Below are positions 32,092 to 42,481 of a DNA stretch of 64,000 bases, one piece after another (positions within the stretch are counted from its first letter, which is position 1; every line of letters begins with the position of its first letter). The stretch is from an uncultured delta proteobacterium. GTDB lineage: Bacteria > Desulfobacterota > Binatia > UBA9968. The position numbers and the translations under genes were made by a program. The notes under the pieces are model-generated. The model searched no databases and was not told where the DNA came from. It was given only the letters and a program-made list of their open reading frames with translations. The DNA lies in NCBI GenBank assembly GCA_963771465.1, contig CAVYTU010000017.1, positions 736,001-800,000 on the forward strand, given 5' to 3'.

Positions 32092-32973
32092 ATGCTCACC
32101 CAACAGTTGGTTAACGCGATCTCCCTCGGTGGTGTCTACGCACTGTTCGCGCTCGGTTTTACCTTAGTCTTCGGGGTACTCGGCGTCGTCAATTTGGCCC
32201 ATGGCGCGCTCTTCATGCTCGGCGCCTATGCGGCGCTTCAAGCCGTGCTCATATTCCAGTTGCCATTATTGGCGGCGATTGTTGTCGCCATGCTGGTGAC
32301 CGCCGCGGGCGGTTGGCTGCTCGACAAATTCATTTTCGCCCCCTTGCGCGCGCGCCAGGCGCCTCATCTGGCGCCGATGATCGCGACCATCGGTCTGGCG
32401 ATCGCGCTTAACAGCACGATCCAAGGACTGTTCGGCGCGCAAAATTTGCGCTTTCCGGCCGAAGTTTTGCCTACGGACAGATTGCGCTTGGGCGCCGTTC
32501 ACATCACTTGGCTCGAAGTCGAAATAATTGTTCTGGCGATTGCTTTGATGGCAGTTTTGCTCTGGGGACTGAAAAAAACTCAGGTCGGCCGGGCGCTGCG
32601 GGGTCTGGCCGAGTCGGTCAAAGCCGCGGCGCTGGTCGGCGTCGATGTTGAAGGGCTATTTCGCGCCACCGCCCTGGTCGCTTCGCTGCTCGGCGGCGTT
32701 GCCGGGGTCTTGATCGCGCTTTACAGTAATGCCGTCTATCCCAGCATGGGACAACCGATGTTGCATAAAGGCATTGCGGTGGTGATCCTCGGCGGCATGG
32801 GCGATATTCGCGGCGCTTTGCTCGGCGGTTTTTTTCTCGGCTTCGCCGAGGTGTTTTCGGTCGCCTACATCGGCTCGACCATGCGCGACGCCGTCGCCTT
32901 CGGACTCTTGTTTACGATCTTGCTGCTGCGGCCCCAGGGGCTGTTCGGTCGCGCCGCGCAGCGGCGCGCCTGA
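32092..32973 (+). CDS. livH: Branched-chain amino acid ABC transporter permease (LivH-like)
   Basis: YALFALGFTLVFG, NLAHG, VILGGMG. Confidence 0.9.
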   Translation: MLTQQLVNAISLGGVYALFALGFTLVFGVLGVVNLAHGALFMLGAYAALQAVLIFQLPLLAAIVVAMLVTAAGGWLLDKFIFAPLRARQAPHLAPMIATIGLAIALNSTIQGLFGAQNLRFPAEVLPTDRLRLGAVHITWLEVEIIVLAIALMAVLLWGLKKTQVGRALRGLAESVKAAALVGVDVEGLFRATALVASLLGGVAGVLIALYSNAVYPSMGQPMLHKGIAVVILGGMGDIRGALLGGFFLGFAEVFSVAYIGSTMRDAVAFGLLFTILLLRPQGLFGRAAQRRA

Positions 32974-33023
32974 CGGCGCTCGCCGTCGCGAGTCAGATTC
33001 AAAACCAGCGTTCAGCATATCAT

Positions 33024-33884
33024 ATGGATTGGCTCGACACTTTTTGGTCAACCTACAGCACCTTGGTGCTTTCCCTCGGCACCAATGTTTTGCTGGCGTT
33101 GTCGATTTATCTGACCTTGTCTTGCGGCATGCTGACCGTCGCCAATGCCGCATTCATGGGACTGGGTGCCTACACCGCTGCGTCGCTCACACTCAAGAGC
33201 GGCATGGCGCTCTGGCCGGCGCTTGTCGGCGGGGTTTTTCTGCCAGTAATCATTGCACTGGCGATCGGACGGCCGACGCTTAGGCTGTCGGGCGTCTATC
33301 TAGCGATGGCGACGCTCGCCTTTGGCGAGGTGGTGCGAATTATTATTCTCAACAGCGAGGAAGTGACCGGCGGCGCTCTAGGTCTCAACGCCATTCCTCA
33401 ACTCACCGAGTGGTACGATGTTGCTGCAGCTTTTGGCATCGCGCTTTATGTGCTTTTACGATTGGCGCAGTCGCGCATTGGCCGAACGATGCTCGCCATC
33501 GCCCAAGATGAAACCGCGACCGAATTGATGGGTTTGAACGTGCGCGCTTATAAACTGTTCGCCTTTGTTGCCGGTGCCGGCTTGGCCGGTTTGGCCGGCG
33601 GGCTCAACGCGCATTTCACTTTTTTCATCAGTCCCAATGAATATGGTTTCGATCGTGGCGTAGAAATTCTCGCCATGGGTGTGTTGGGCGGCACGGGAAG
33701 CCCCTGGGGCGCGGTTGTCGGCGGCGTGCTGATTACTTTGTTGCCTGAGGTATTGCGTGGCTTGGGCGATTATCGGCCTCTTATCAACGGCGTGATTTTG
33801 ATCGTGATTATTCTCTACTCGCCCAAGGGCCTTTGGGAGCTTTTCCGCCTGGCCCGGCCAAACCTAGCGAAAACCGCGCTTTAG
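33024..33884 (+). CDS. livM: Branched-chain amino acid ABC transporter permease (LivM-like)
   Basis: AAFMGLGAY, LRLSGVYLAMATLAFGE, PKGL. Confidence 0.9.
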   Translation: MDWLDTFWSTYSTLVLSLGTNVLLALSIYLTLSCGMLTVANAAFMGLGAYTAASLTLKSGMALWPALVGGVFLPVIIALAIGRPTLRLSGVYLAMATLAFGEVVRIIILNSEEVTGGALGLNAIPQLTEWYDVAAAFGIALYVLLRLAQSRIGRTMLAIAQDETATELMGLNVRAYKLFAFVAGAGLAGLAGGLNAHFTFFISPNEYGFDRGVEILAMGVLGGTGSPWGAVVGGVLITLLPEVLRGLGDYRPLINGVILIVIILYSPKGLWELFRLARPNLAKTAL

Positions 33885-33890
33885 CTCGCC

Positions 33891-34679
33891 ATGCTCACGC
33901 TCAGCAAAGTGTCGAAGAGTTTTGGCGGTCTCAAGGTACTCGACGATTTGAGTCTCACCGTTGCGACGCGCGGTATTTTTGGTCTGATCGGGCCCAACGG
34001 CGCTGGCAAAACTACCGTGTTCAATCTCATTACCGGACTACTCACTCCCAGCGCCGGCACTATCGATTTTCTTGGCCAGCGCCTGGATGGTATGGCGCCC
34101 TTCGAAATTACCCGGCGCGGAGTGGCGCGCACTTTCCAAAATATTCGTGTCTTCAAAGAGATGACGTTACTGGAAAATGTCTTGGTAGCGTTGGGCGATC
34201 ACCCGAGTTACAGCGCATTCAGCCTGCTCATGCCGCTGTCGAATCATCGCCGGGCAGAGGCCGATGAACGTGAGCGCGCGGCCGAGCTATTATCGCGCCT
34301 TGGGCTCGCTGAGAAAGCTAATCGCTTCGCGGGAACCCTATCTTACGGCGAACAGCGCCGCTTGGAAATCGCCCGGGCGTTGGCGACCGGACCAAAGTTG
34401 TTGCTCCTCGATGAACCCGCCGCGGGCATGAATAGCGCCGAGAAGCACAATCTCATGAATGAGATCGTCAAACTCGATGACGGTGCGTTGAGCATTCTTA
34501 TCATCGAGCATGACATGCGCTTTGTGATGGAGATCTGTCAACGTATCGCGGTGTTGAATTTTGGCCGTCTGATCGCTCAAGGTAACCCGGCGGAGATTCG
34601 CGCCAACGCTGAGGTCATCGAGGCTTACTTGGGCCAGGACGATGATGCAACTGACGGGCGAAGCGGTGCGGCTTCATGA
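33891..34679 (+). CDS. livG: ABC ATPase (LivG-like)
   Basis: GPNGAGKTT, RTFQNIR, LSYGEQRRLEIARAL, LLDEPAAG, IEHDM. Confidence 0.93.
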   Translation: MLTLSKVSKSFGGLKVLDDLSLTVATRGIFGLIGPNGAGKTTVFNLITGLLTPSAGTIDFLGQRLDGMAPFEITRRGVARTFQNIRVFKEMTLLENVLVALGDHPSYSAFSLLMPLSNHRRAEADERERAAELLSRLGLAEKANRFAGTLSYGEQRRLEIARALATGPKLLLLDEPAAGMNSAEKHNLMNEIVKLDDGALSILIIEHDMRFVMEICQRIAVLNFGRLIAQGNPAEIRANAEVIEAYLGQDDDATDGRSGAAS

Positions 34680-35389
34680 GCGGCTTTCTCCAGGTCAGTG
34701 GCCTGCGTGTACATTACGGCGTAATCGAAGCGGTTAAGGGCATTGATCTAAATCTCGAGCGCGGCAAGATCACGACGTTGCTTGGCGCCAACGGCGCCGG
34801 CAAATCAACCACGCTCTTGGCGCTATCGGGATTGATTCGAGCCACGGCGGGGTCGGTGGTATTTGACGGGGTTGAGCTGCAGAAGTTGCAGTCCTACCAC
34901 ATTGTCGCCAAGGGCTTGGTCCAGGTACCTGAAGGGCGAGAAATCCTCACTTCGCTCACGGTCAGAGAAAATCTGCTATTGGGCGCTTACCGGCGCCAAC
35001 AGCAGATTGACGTGGACAGCGACTTGGAGCGCTTATTGGAATTGTTTCCACGTCTGCGTGAGCGCGTTGAGGGCGCGGCTGGGAATCTTTCCGGCGGCGA
35101 ACAACAAATGCTGGCTATCGCGCGCGCCCTGATGTCTAAGCCGCGCTTGCTCCTACTCGACGAACCGTCGATGGGTTTGGCGCCCATGCTAGTCCAGGAG
35201 ATTTTTCGCACCTTGCGCGCTCTCAATCAACGCGGATTGACGATTTTTCTGGTGGAGCAGAACGTCCATCAGGCCCTCAAGATCGCCGATTATGCGTATG
35301 TCATGGAAAACGGTGCGATCACGCTTTTCGGACCGAGCACGGAGCTGATGAAGAATCCCAAGGTCGTCGAAGCTTATCTAGGCGGGTAG
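34676..35389 (+). CDS. livF: ABC ATPase (LivF-like)
   Basis: GANGAGKST, VPEGR, LSGGEQQMLAIARAL, DEPSMGLAP, VEQN. Confidence 0.93.
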   Translation: MSGFLQVSGLRVHYGVIEAVKGIDLNLERGKITTLLGANGAGKSTTLLALSGLIRATAGSVVFDGVELQKLQSYHIVAKGLVQVPEGREILTSLTVRENLLLGAYRRQQQIDVDSDLERLLELFPRLRERVEGAAGNLSGGEQQMLAIARALMSKPRLLLLDEPSMGLAPMLVQEIFRTLRALNQRGLTIFLVEQNVHQALKIADYAYVMENGAITLFGPSTELMKNPKVVEAYLGG

Positions 35390-35625
35390 CCAGCCTTCGC
35401 GGTAACCCTCACCCTACCACATGAGTTTTAGGCAATCTGACGTAATCGGTGGAATATTAATTGATTTCGTCCATTAATACATTTCCGAGTGCTGCGAGGC
35501 GGCGCATTTACATATTTGTTTCAGTGCGCACGGGGTTTCGCTTTTCCTGCACTTCTACGTAGGATTTTCCTGCGGGACTCGTCTTTTTCTGTCGTCTTTT
35601 GTTACTTCTTGCATAGTTAAATTCA

Positions 35626-35640
35626 TGGCATGAAATCTGC
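35626..35640 (+). promoter_or_regulatory. sigma54 -24/-12 promoter
   Basis: TGGCAT-GAAAT-CTGC (GG-N10-GC) in AT-rich intergenic DNA, 43 bp before the ATG. Confidence 0.65.
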
Positions 35641-35683
35641 CTCTATTTTTGCCCTAGTAACAATTCAGGGTAGGAGGCCTGTT

Positions 35684-35887
35684 ATGGACGAAATACTGAC
35701 CGCTGGCGAAGTTGCAGAACTTTTACAAATCCATCCGCGTACGGTTTATAAGCTGGTGAAAGACGGGTCTATTCCCGGGCGAAAGTTTGGCGGCGGCTGG
35801 CGTTTTAGCCGTAGTGAGATCGTCGCCATGGTTTCACCGCAAGGAAATACTCCACCGCCGGGTAAAATGCACACCGAAGAGCGATAG
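35684..35887 (+). CDS. Excisionase-like HTH_17 DNA-binding protein
   Basis: AGGAGG RBS; ILTAGEVAELLQIHPRTVYKLVKDGSIPGRKFGGGWRF. Confidence 0.88.
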   Translation: MDEILTAGEVAELLQIHPRTVYKLVKDGSIPGRKFGGGWRFSRSEIVAMVSPQGNTPPPGKMHTEER

Positions 35888-36109
35888 ATCATTCTCCAAA
35901 CGAAGCGAATTCCCCGTTGTCGGGATTCGAATTGCGCGGCAAAAAAGATGCAGTGAGCCCCGGTCATTGGGACGGACGGTCGAGGACAACTAGCGTTGGC
36001 CGGAGAAGGCGATGCCTTGAGCGTCGGGTCTACCGGCCAGGGGTCATTGCGTCTAAGTCCGGGCAAAATCTGCTGCGCCGAACGGACAATCCATTTTAAT
36101 TGCCCATCG

Positions 36110-39019
36110 ATGGCTGATCAACCAGACGCATGGTTCGCGCGGCGGCGCTGGAGCATTCGCCATCGGCTAATGGCGTGGGGTCTCGGATTATTGGCCACCG
36201 CGCTGCTCGCCTACGTTATCATCGGTTCATACTACACTCGTGCGCAGATTCGCCGCGCTACGGCAGCGTTGCAAGCCCAAGTGGCGTCAGCCACAGCGCA
36301 GCGCGTCGAATCTTTGTTAGCGTATAAACTTGAACGACTCCACGATACTGCTCTCGATATGTCGGCCAGTCCCGCCGGTGGCGACGCGCAATATTTGCTC
36401 GGCTTACGGTTATTGAAAAGAGATGCCGGTTTTACCGAGCTTGCGGTTCTCAACGCGGATGGCCGGGAAGTCCTTAAATTTTCCGAATCTAGGCTCTACC
36501 CCGCTACTGATCTTCGCGATCGGAGCAACGCCGAATCATTTCGCCAAGCGAGTCGCGGCAGGAAGCTTTTCGCTAACGTCTCCAGCGCCGAGCCGGCGCA
36601 GTCCTCTCTCATCCTGGCCGTGCCGCTCGGGACAGAGTCAATGAACAGCGGTGTTTTGACCGCAAAGCTAAGTTTAGAAGTTTTCCGCGATACGATTAGT
36701 GACGTTCGCTTCGGTCACGGCGGTTACGCTTATCTCATCGAAAAGAGCGGCAATGTGATCGCTACGTCCGACCTGGCCGCGGTTCTCAAGCAGGTCCATC
36801 TTCACGGGCGAGCGAAACTCAACGGCTTCATTGAACGAGGCAAACCGGACAGTAATCCCGGGAGCGAGGAGCAGGGGATAGACGGTTCGCAGGTTCTCAG
36901 CACTTATGCGCCGGTGACCGGCTTGCCGTGGGCCGTGATTGTCGAGGAACCGGCGCGCCTGGCATTGGCCGATTTGGCAAGTTTGCGGCGCACCGACTCG
37001 CTACTGTTTCTGGCCCTTCTGTCGGTGGGAGCAGCGGTCATCATTTGGCTGAGCCGCAGGATAACGACTCCGATTCAGGATCTCAGAGCCGCCGTGGCGA
37101 TTATGGCGCATGGCAATCTGGAGCACCGCGCCAGCGTAACGAACTTCGATGAGATCGGCCAGCTCGCCGGTGAATTCAACACGATGGCTGATGTGTTGAA
37201 AAACTCCTATGCCAATCTCGAACAAAGAATAGAGCAGCGTACCGGCCAGGTCGCGGCGCTATACGGCGTTACCAAGACCGTCAATCAGTCCCTCGACTTG
37301 GATCGCGTGCTGCAGCAGGTGGTCGTGCAGATCACGGAAATTTTTCACTTCGATATGACACGGATTTACTTATTCGACGCCGAGCGAGAGCATCTTATCT
37401 CGCGCGCGGTGTTCGAGACTCACCCGGAGTCTTGGAGCGGTGTCGAACGCTTTGGCAAAGGTCAGAGCGTAGTGGGTCATGTTGCCGAAACCGGCGCCGC
37501 GATCATTTTTGACGATTTGCAGAGTGACCCGCGTTACGCCCAACTGAGCACGAGCAACGCCGGCCGGAACGCCAAGTTTCATTTTCTCGCGATATTGCCG
37601 ATCAAGATTCACGGCAAAATGTTAGGCACTTTAGCGCTGGCCGGCAAACAAAACCGCATCTTGGACGATGAGGAGCTGCGGCTTTTGACTTCCATGTGCG
37701 ATCATATCGCCTTGGCAGTGGAAAAGATCCATCTGTTTGATCAGGTGACGCGGCGGTCGCGCCATCTCGAAGTATTAAACACGATCGGCGCGGCGGTGAG
37801 CCAGTCGCTCAACTTGGATGAAGTGCTCGATCAGGCGGTGGATAAGATCGCCAAGGCTGTCGGCATCCACGCCGCCGTGATTTATCAGCTCAATATGGCG
37901 GATGGTCTTCTGCGCATGAAAGCGTTCCATGGAGTGCGCGACGACATGGCGGCGAGCATGGCGACGCTATCGGCCCACGCCGGTGTTGCCGGCAAAGTGA
38001 TCGAGACCGGACAGCGCGTGATTTTCGAAGATATTCAGAACGATGATCACTATCGCGCGTTAGCTCGTGAGGGCAAAGTCGTCGCCGTGGGGTTTGCCAG
38101 CGCTGCGGTGTTTCCGATCATAGCGAAGGAGAAAATCATCGGCACCCTGCACGTCGCCAGTCGCGCTAAGCGCCATTTTGCCGTTGACGAAACGGAACTG
38201 ATTCAAACCATCGCCGGCCAAGTCGGCGTCGCCATGGATAACGCCACGTTATTCACCGAAGTGAGCGACAAGACCAAGGCGTTAGGGCAAACCAACCAAG
38301 AGCTTCTCGATGCCACCCAGGCCAAGGCTGAGTTCATCGCGGCGATGTCCCATGAGCTGCGCACTCCTCTCAATATCGTCATGGGCAGCTCTGATCTGTT
38401 GCATGAAGGTTTTTTTGGCGAACTCAATGGTGGCCAGCAGGATGCCACGGAAAAAATTTGCCGCAACTCCCGGGTCTTGCTGAAAATGATCAATGACGTA
38501 TTGACGATCTCGCGCGTTGATGCCGGCCGCCTGACGTTGGAGTTGTCGACAGTTGAGGTCGAGGAAGTCATCGATCAGGCGCGCGCTTTGGTCGAGCAGG
38601 TTAACCGCGACAATCGATTGGAAGTGCGCTGGGATATTGACGCTAGCATTCCGCCGCTGGTGACCGATTCGTTGAAACTCGAGGAGATTTTACAAAACCT
38701 GATCGGCAACGCTTTCAAATTTACCCCCACCGGCCGCATCGAAGTGCGAGTGCAGAATCGGCCGGAGCAAGATCGAGTTGAATTTACCGTCGCCGATACC
38801 GGTATCGGCATCGCCGCCGAAGATCAAGGCAGAATTTTTGACGCCTTCGAGCAGTTAAAAGAAGCGCACACTGGTAGTTTTAATGGCGTCGGCCTGGGCC
38901 TGAACATTGTGCGCCGTTACCTCGACCTCATGCAGGGAGAAATTTCCGTCCAAAGCGAGCCCGGCCAGGGTGCTAAATTTACTTTCTCCGTGCCCCATTC
39001 CCTCCAGTTGAATTCCTGA
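36110..39019 (+). CDS. Membrane sensor histidine kinase (Cache-HAMP-2xGAF-HisKA-HATPase)
   Basis: Two TM helices flank an extracytoplasmic domain; HAMP (DEIGQLAGEFN), two GAF repeats, MSHELRTPL, NLIGNAFKFT, DTGIGI, GVGLGL. Start codon uncertain. Confidence 0.93.
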   Translation: MADQPDAWFARRRWSIRHRLMAWGLGLLATALLAYVIIGSYYTRAQIRRATAALQAQVASATAQRVESLLAYKLERLHDTALDMSASPAGGDAQYLLGLRLLKRDAGFTELAVLNADGREVLKFSESRLYPATDLRDRSNAESFRQASRGRKLFANVSSAEPAQSSLILAVPLGTESMNSGVLTAKLSLEVFRDTISDVRFGHGGYAYLIEKSGNVIATSDLAAVLKQVHLHGRAKLNGFIERGKPDSNPGSEEQGIDGSQVLSTYAPVTGLPWAVIVEEPARLALADLASLRRTDSLLFLALLSVGAAVIIWLSRRITTPIQDLRAAVAIMAHGNLEHRASVTNFDEIGQLAGEFNTMADVLKNSYANLEQRIEQRTGQVAALYGVTKTVNQSLDLDRVLQQVVVQITEIFHFDMTRIYLFDAEREHLISRAVFETHPESWSGVERFGKGQSVVGHVAETGAAIIFDDLQSDPRYAQLSTSNAGRNAKFHFLAILPIKIHGKMLGTLALAGKQNRILDDEELRLLTSMCDHIALAVEKIHLFDQVTRRSRHLEVLNTIGAAVSQSLNLDEVLDQAVDKIAKAVGIHAAVIYQLNMADGLLRMKAFHGVRDDMAASMATLSAHAGVAGKVIETGQRVIFEDIQNDDHYRALAREGKVVAVGFASAAVFPIIAKEKIIGTLHVASRAKRHFAVDETELIQTIAGQVGVAMDNATLFTEVSDKTKALGQTNQELLDATQAKAEFIAAMSHELRTPLNIVMGSSDLLHEGFFGELNGGQQDATEKICRNSRVLLKMINDVLTISRVDAGRLTLELSTVEVEEVIDQARALVEQVNRDNRLEVRWDIDASIPPLVTDSLKLEEILQNLIGNAFKFTPTGRIEVRVQNRPEQDRVEFTVADTGIGIAAEDQGRIFDAFEQLKEAHTGSFNGVGLGLNIVRRYLDLMQGEISVQSEPGQGAKFTFSVPHSLQLNS

Positions 39020-39086
39020 GCTTGCGTTCCGCTCAACGAGCGGCTAGGAAGTACAGAGTTCAAATTCTTTCTAGATTGGAATTGTT

Positions 39087-40262
39087 ATGGCCGGCGCACT
39101 GGCGGGAATCAAAGTCATCGAGGCGGCGAGTTACGTTACCGGCCCCTTCGCTTCTCAGCTGCTAGCGGACTTGGGCGCGGACGTGATCAAGATCGAAGAG
39201 CCCAAGCGCGGCGATCCCTTTCGCGGCTGGGGCGAGCGCAATTATGCCGCAACTTTTTGTAGCCTTAACCGCAACAAGAAGAGCATCACGTTGGACTTTC
39301 GCACAGACGAGGGACGGGATATTGCGTTTAAGTTAATCGCCGGCGCCGATGTATTTATTCAAAATTTTCGTCCCGGTGTACTAGATAAGCGCGGCTTGGG
39401 TTTCGACGATCTCAAGAAAGCCAATCCGAAACTGGTCTATTGTTCGATCTCGGGATTTGGTCCGACCGGACCTTATCGCGATATGCCGGGTTACGACACC
39501 ATCGGCCAAGCGCGCAGCGGGCTGCTCAGTTTGCTGACCGACCCGGGTAAGCCACAAGGAATGGGAATCTCATTCTCCGATCATCTTACCGGCATGTATG
39601 CCTGCTACGGCGTGCTCGGTGCGCTGATGAACCGGATGCTCACCGGCACAGGCCAACATGTCGAGACTTCGCTTTTGCGCGCGTCGGTTTCTTTTATTGC
39701 CGAAAATGCGGCGCGCTATTTCGAGACCGGCCACGTGCCGCGGCGCAAACATCGCACGACGACCGCAGGTGTATTCGCCTTCGAGGACGAAGACGGTCTG
39801 GCCTTCGTGCTGCACATGTCGTCGCCGGATAAATTTTGGCTTGCTCTTTTTGACGTCGTTGGCAAACCGGAATGGGCGCAAGACGCGCGCTTCAATAACC
39901 GCAAAGCCCGGGTGGAAAACTACGATGCGCTGAACGCGCAGCTGGCGCCGATTTTCCGCGGCGGTAAGCGCGAGGATTGGTTGCGCCGGCTGATTGAAAA
40001 AGATGTCCCCGCGGCGCCGATCAACACCCTCGACGAAGTGTTCGCCGATCCACAAGTGAAGACTTACGGTTTCCCTATCGAAGTCGAGCATGCGAAAATG
40101 GGCAAGATGAAATTGATCGGCAATGCCGTCGACATGAGCCGCACGCCGCCGTCCATCGATCGTCCGCCGCCCGTGCTGGGAGAGCATACTGAAGAAATCC
40201 TCGCCGATCTCGGCTACGACAGCGCGCGACTCGCCGCATTGAAAAACCAGGGAGCGATCTGA
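39087..40262 (+). CDS. Family III CoA-transferase (CaiB/BaiF)
   Basis: LAGIKVIE, GPFASQLLADLGADVIKIE, NRNKKSI, NFRPG, SISGFG, PPVLGEHT. Confidence 0.93.
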   Translation: MAGALAGIKVIEAASYVTGPFASQLLADLGADVIKIEEPKRGDPFRGWGERNYAATFCSLNRNKKSITLDFRTDEGRDIAFKLIAGADVFIQNFRPGVLDKRGLGFDDLKKANPKLVYCSISGFGPTGPYRDMPGYDTIGQARSGLLSLLTDPGKPQGMGISFSDHLTGMYACYGVLGALMNRMLTGTGQHVETSLLRASVSFIAENAARYFETGHVPRRKHRTTTAGVFAFEDEDGLAFVLHMSSPDKFWLALFDVVGKPEWAQDARFNNRKARVENYDALNAQLAPIFRGGKREDWLRRLIEKDVPAAPINTLDEVFADPQVKTYGFPIEVEHAKMGKMKLIGNAVDMSRTPPSIDRPPPVLGEHTEEILADLGYDSARLAALKNQGAI

Positions 40263-40326
40263 AGAAGTTGGATTGATGGCGTATCTGGGATGCACCCATT
40301 GCGTCAACACTCCGCGAGTTCCCGAC

Positions 40327-40809
40327 ATGCGTCATCCCAGTCTCGTTCTTTTATCGCACGATCATCATCATGGCCTGGCGTTGGCGTTACGCTGCCGCAA
40401 GCAGGCGCTTGGCCAGCTAAAACCGATGGGCGCCGCCGGATTGCGCCAACGGGCCAATGAGGTCGTCGAATTTTTCCATGCCAATCTGGTCGCGCACTTT
40501 CGCGCCGAGGAAGAAGTTTTATTGCCGCTTATGCGCACCTTGGTGCCGGCTAGCGCTGCGTTGCTCGATGAGTTGCTGAGTCAACACGAGCAGCTGCGTC
40601 AAGCAGTTCCCAAACTCCAAGCCGGCAGCGGCCTGGCGAAACTTATTTTTGACCTGGGCGATTTACTTGAACGTCATATTCGCAAAGAGGAGCGGGAGCT
40701 GTTTCCGCTCTTCGAAGCGCATGTCGATGCGGCTAGAGCTGAATCCGTTGGGGCGGAACTTAAACGGATTCTCGACGAAGGCGGCAAGAAGCCGGCTAAA
40801 ATGAGCTAA
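40327..40809 (+). CDS. Hemerythrin-like domain protein
   Basis: LSHDHHHGL, HFRAEEE, HEQL, HIRKEERELFP. Confidence 0.88.
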   Translation: MRHPSLVLLSHDHHHGLALALRCRKQALGQLKPMGAAGLRQRANEVVEFFHANLVAHFRAEEEVLLPLMRTLVPASAALLDELLSQHEQLRQAVPKLQAGSGLAKLIFDLGDLLERHIRKEERELFPLFEAHVDAARAESVGAELKRILDEGGKKPAKMS

Positions 40810-40857
40810 AGCCCGGCCGAGCCAATCTCTACACTTTATCGAGATTTTCAGCTGCCT

Positions 40858-41211
40858 CTAATCCATCAGTTTTAAAAGCACATGGCGGCGATTTTTTGTG
40901 TACGGCCTGACTTGGTTGGGCCAGCGGCCGTCTTCGATCGCTTTATCCCACGCCGGGCTGGTGAGCACCTCGGGACTTTCTAACTCATAGATCGCCGTGT
41001 AGGTCGGTTCATTGGGGATCTCGATGGTTTTACTCTCGCCGCCGATGTTCATTGTCAAAGTGCCGCGTTTGTAACGGCTGATGCCAACCACCCCCGGCAC
41101 TTTGCTAAGATTGGGCACATGTTCCTGGTCATAGACTTCGTTGAAAATCGCGTCGTGCTCCGGGTCGACGTCCATGCTGGCGATCATCAGATATTTTGCT
41201 TTGCCTGCCAT
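40858..41211 (-). CDS. Dimeric alpha/beta-barrel (EthD/DUF4286-like) protein
   Basis: GAGGAG RBS; MDVDPEHDAIFNEVYDQEHVP...VPGV...YTAIYELES. Confidence 0.7.
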   Translation of the reverse strand: MAGKAKYLMIASMDVDPEHDAIFNEVYDQEHVPNLSKVPGVVGISRYKRGTLTMNIGGESKTIEIPNEPTYTAIYELESPEVLTSPAWDKAIEDGRWPNQVRPYTKNRRHVLLKLMD

Positions 41212-41245
41212 GACTAAGGTCTCCTCGTCGTGTTTGCTGTTGGTT

Positions 41246-41608
41246 TTACATGCCCAGAAAGCTGCCGATATCCGGCGCCGGCGACTTAATTTCGACGACG
41301 ATCGATTCCTCGATGCCTTCGACGCCATGGGGCACGCCTTTGGGATGGCGGCAGACGTCGCCGGGGCCGAGAATATATTCTTCGCTGCCGACAATCATCT
41401 TGACCTTGCCCTTGACGACGTAGGCAAGGGATTCATGCTGATGCACATGTAACGGCGCGCCGACACCCGGCGTGTAGTGGATTTCCAAAAAAGTCATCTC
41501 ATCGCCTTTGATCAGCGGCTTTACCAGCAGATCGCCGCCATACATCGGCTTACCTTCGATGGCTTTGACCGTGATCGCCTTAACATCGGCGTTCTTTGAT
41601 AGAATCAT
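41246..41608 (-). CDS. Cupin domain protein
   Basis: PLHVHQHESLAYVVKG and GPGD...PKGVPH. Confidence 0.9.
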   Translation of the reverse strand: MILSKNADVKAITVKAIEGKPMYGGDLLVKPLIKGDEMTFLEIHYTPGVGAPLHVHQHESLAYVVKGKVKMIVGSEEYILGPGDVCRHPKGVPHGVEGIEESIVVEIKSPAPDIGSFLGM

Positions 41609-41809
41609 TACAGTCTCCTCCGCAAAGCTAACGAATGAAGTTCATGCTAGATCGCTAAGTATCAGGAAAGCCGCTATGAGTCCATCATTGGCGGAACGCA
41701 AAGACAGTGATCCAGGATTCGCCGGCATTGTTTGACAACGGTTGGGCGGCATGATTCCTAGTTGGAAATCGCCGTGATTGTGAAATTTCGCTCGTCATAA
41801 ACTACTTTC

Positions 41810-42415
41810 ATGAAGAAATGGTTAAAATGTCTGGCTTTATCCGGCGCGCTAATGCTTTTTCAGCACGGCATGGTGTCAGCGGAGGAGAAACCGATACGAT
41901 TGGTACCCGTTCTCAAGATCAACAAAGAATTGGACAAGCGCACTGAAATCAAACCATCGGCGATCCCCGGCGCGGGCGATGGATTGTTTGCCGTAACGTC
42001 AATCAAGAAAGGTGATGTGGTGGGCGAGTTGGGCGGACGGCTGGTTGCCGCGGAAGATTATCCGTTGGGCAATTATTATCTCGCTTCGATACCCGAGTGT
42101 GCTTGGGAAGAAACCAAGCCGTATAAATTTCTCGACGCCAAAGACTTCGGTGCCCATGTCAGCCGGATCAATTTTGCGCCCAAGCTGATCAATAGCATTG
42201 AAACTAACTTTCAAAACGCGACGATCCATCAGCTTTGCAATTATCCCTATGTGATCTTCGTCGCGCTCCAAGACATCGCGCCTGGAGAGGAGATTTGGGC
42301 GAGCTACGGGCCGTACTATAGCTACGATAAATTCATGTACGTTGCCGAGGTGCGCGATTTCTTCTGCGGCTTGTTAAAGACCGATTGCAGCGAGGAATAT
42401 TCTTTCGATCCTTGA
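41810..42415 (+). CDS. SET-domain protein with signal peptide (copy 1)
   Basis: SAIPGAGDGLFA..IKKGD, SRINF, ALQDIAPGEEIWASYG; N-terminal Sec-like signal ending VSA. Confidence 0.8.
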   Translation: MKKWLKCLALSGALMLFQHGMVSAEEKPIRLVPVLKINKELDKRTEIKPSAIPGAGDGLFAVTSIKKGDVVGELGGRLVAAEDYPLGNYYLASIPECAWEETKPYKFLDAKDFGAHVSRINFAPKLINSIETNFQNATIHQLCNYPYVIFVALQDIAPGEEIWASYGPYYSYDKFMYVAEVRDFFCGLLKTDCSEEYSFDP

Positions 42416-42481
42416 GCGATTGGTAAAATCATTTAGTTCGATTCGACCGTTGAAAAAATCACAGTCCTTTTAGGAGGCGAA

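Noticed and set aside
35684-35887. Prophage or integrative element suggested by the excisionase-like gene
   Set aside because: No integrase, att-like repeats, tRNA target or phage genes in the window.
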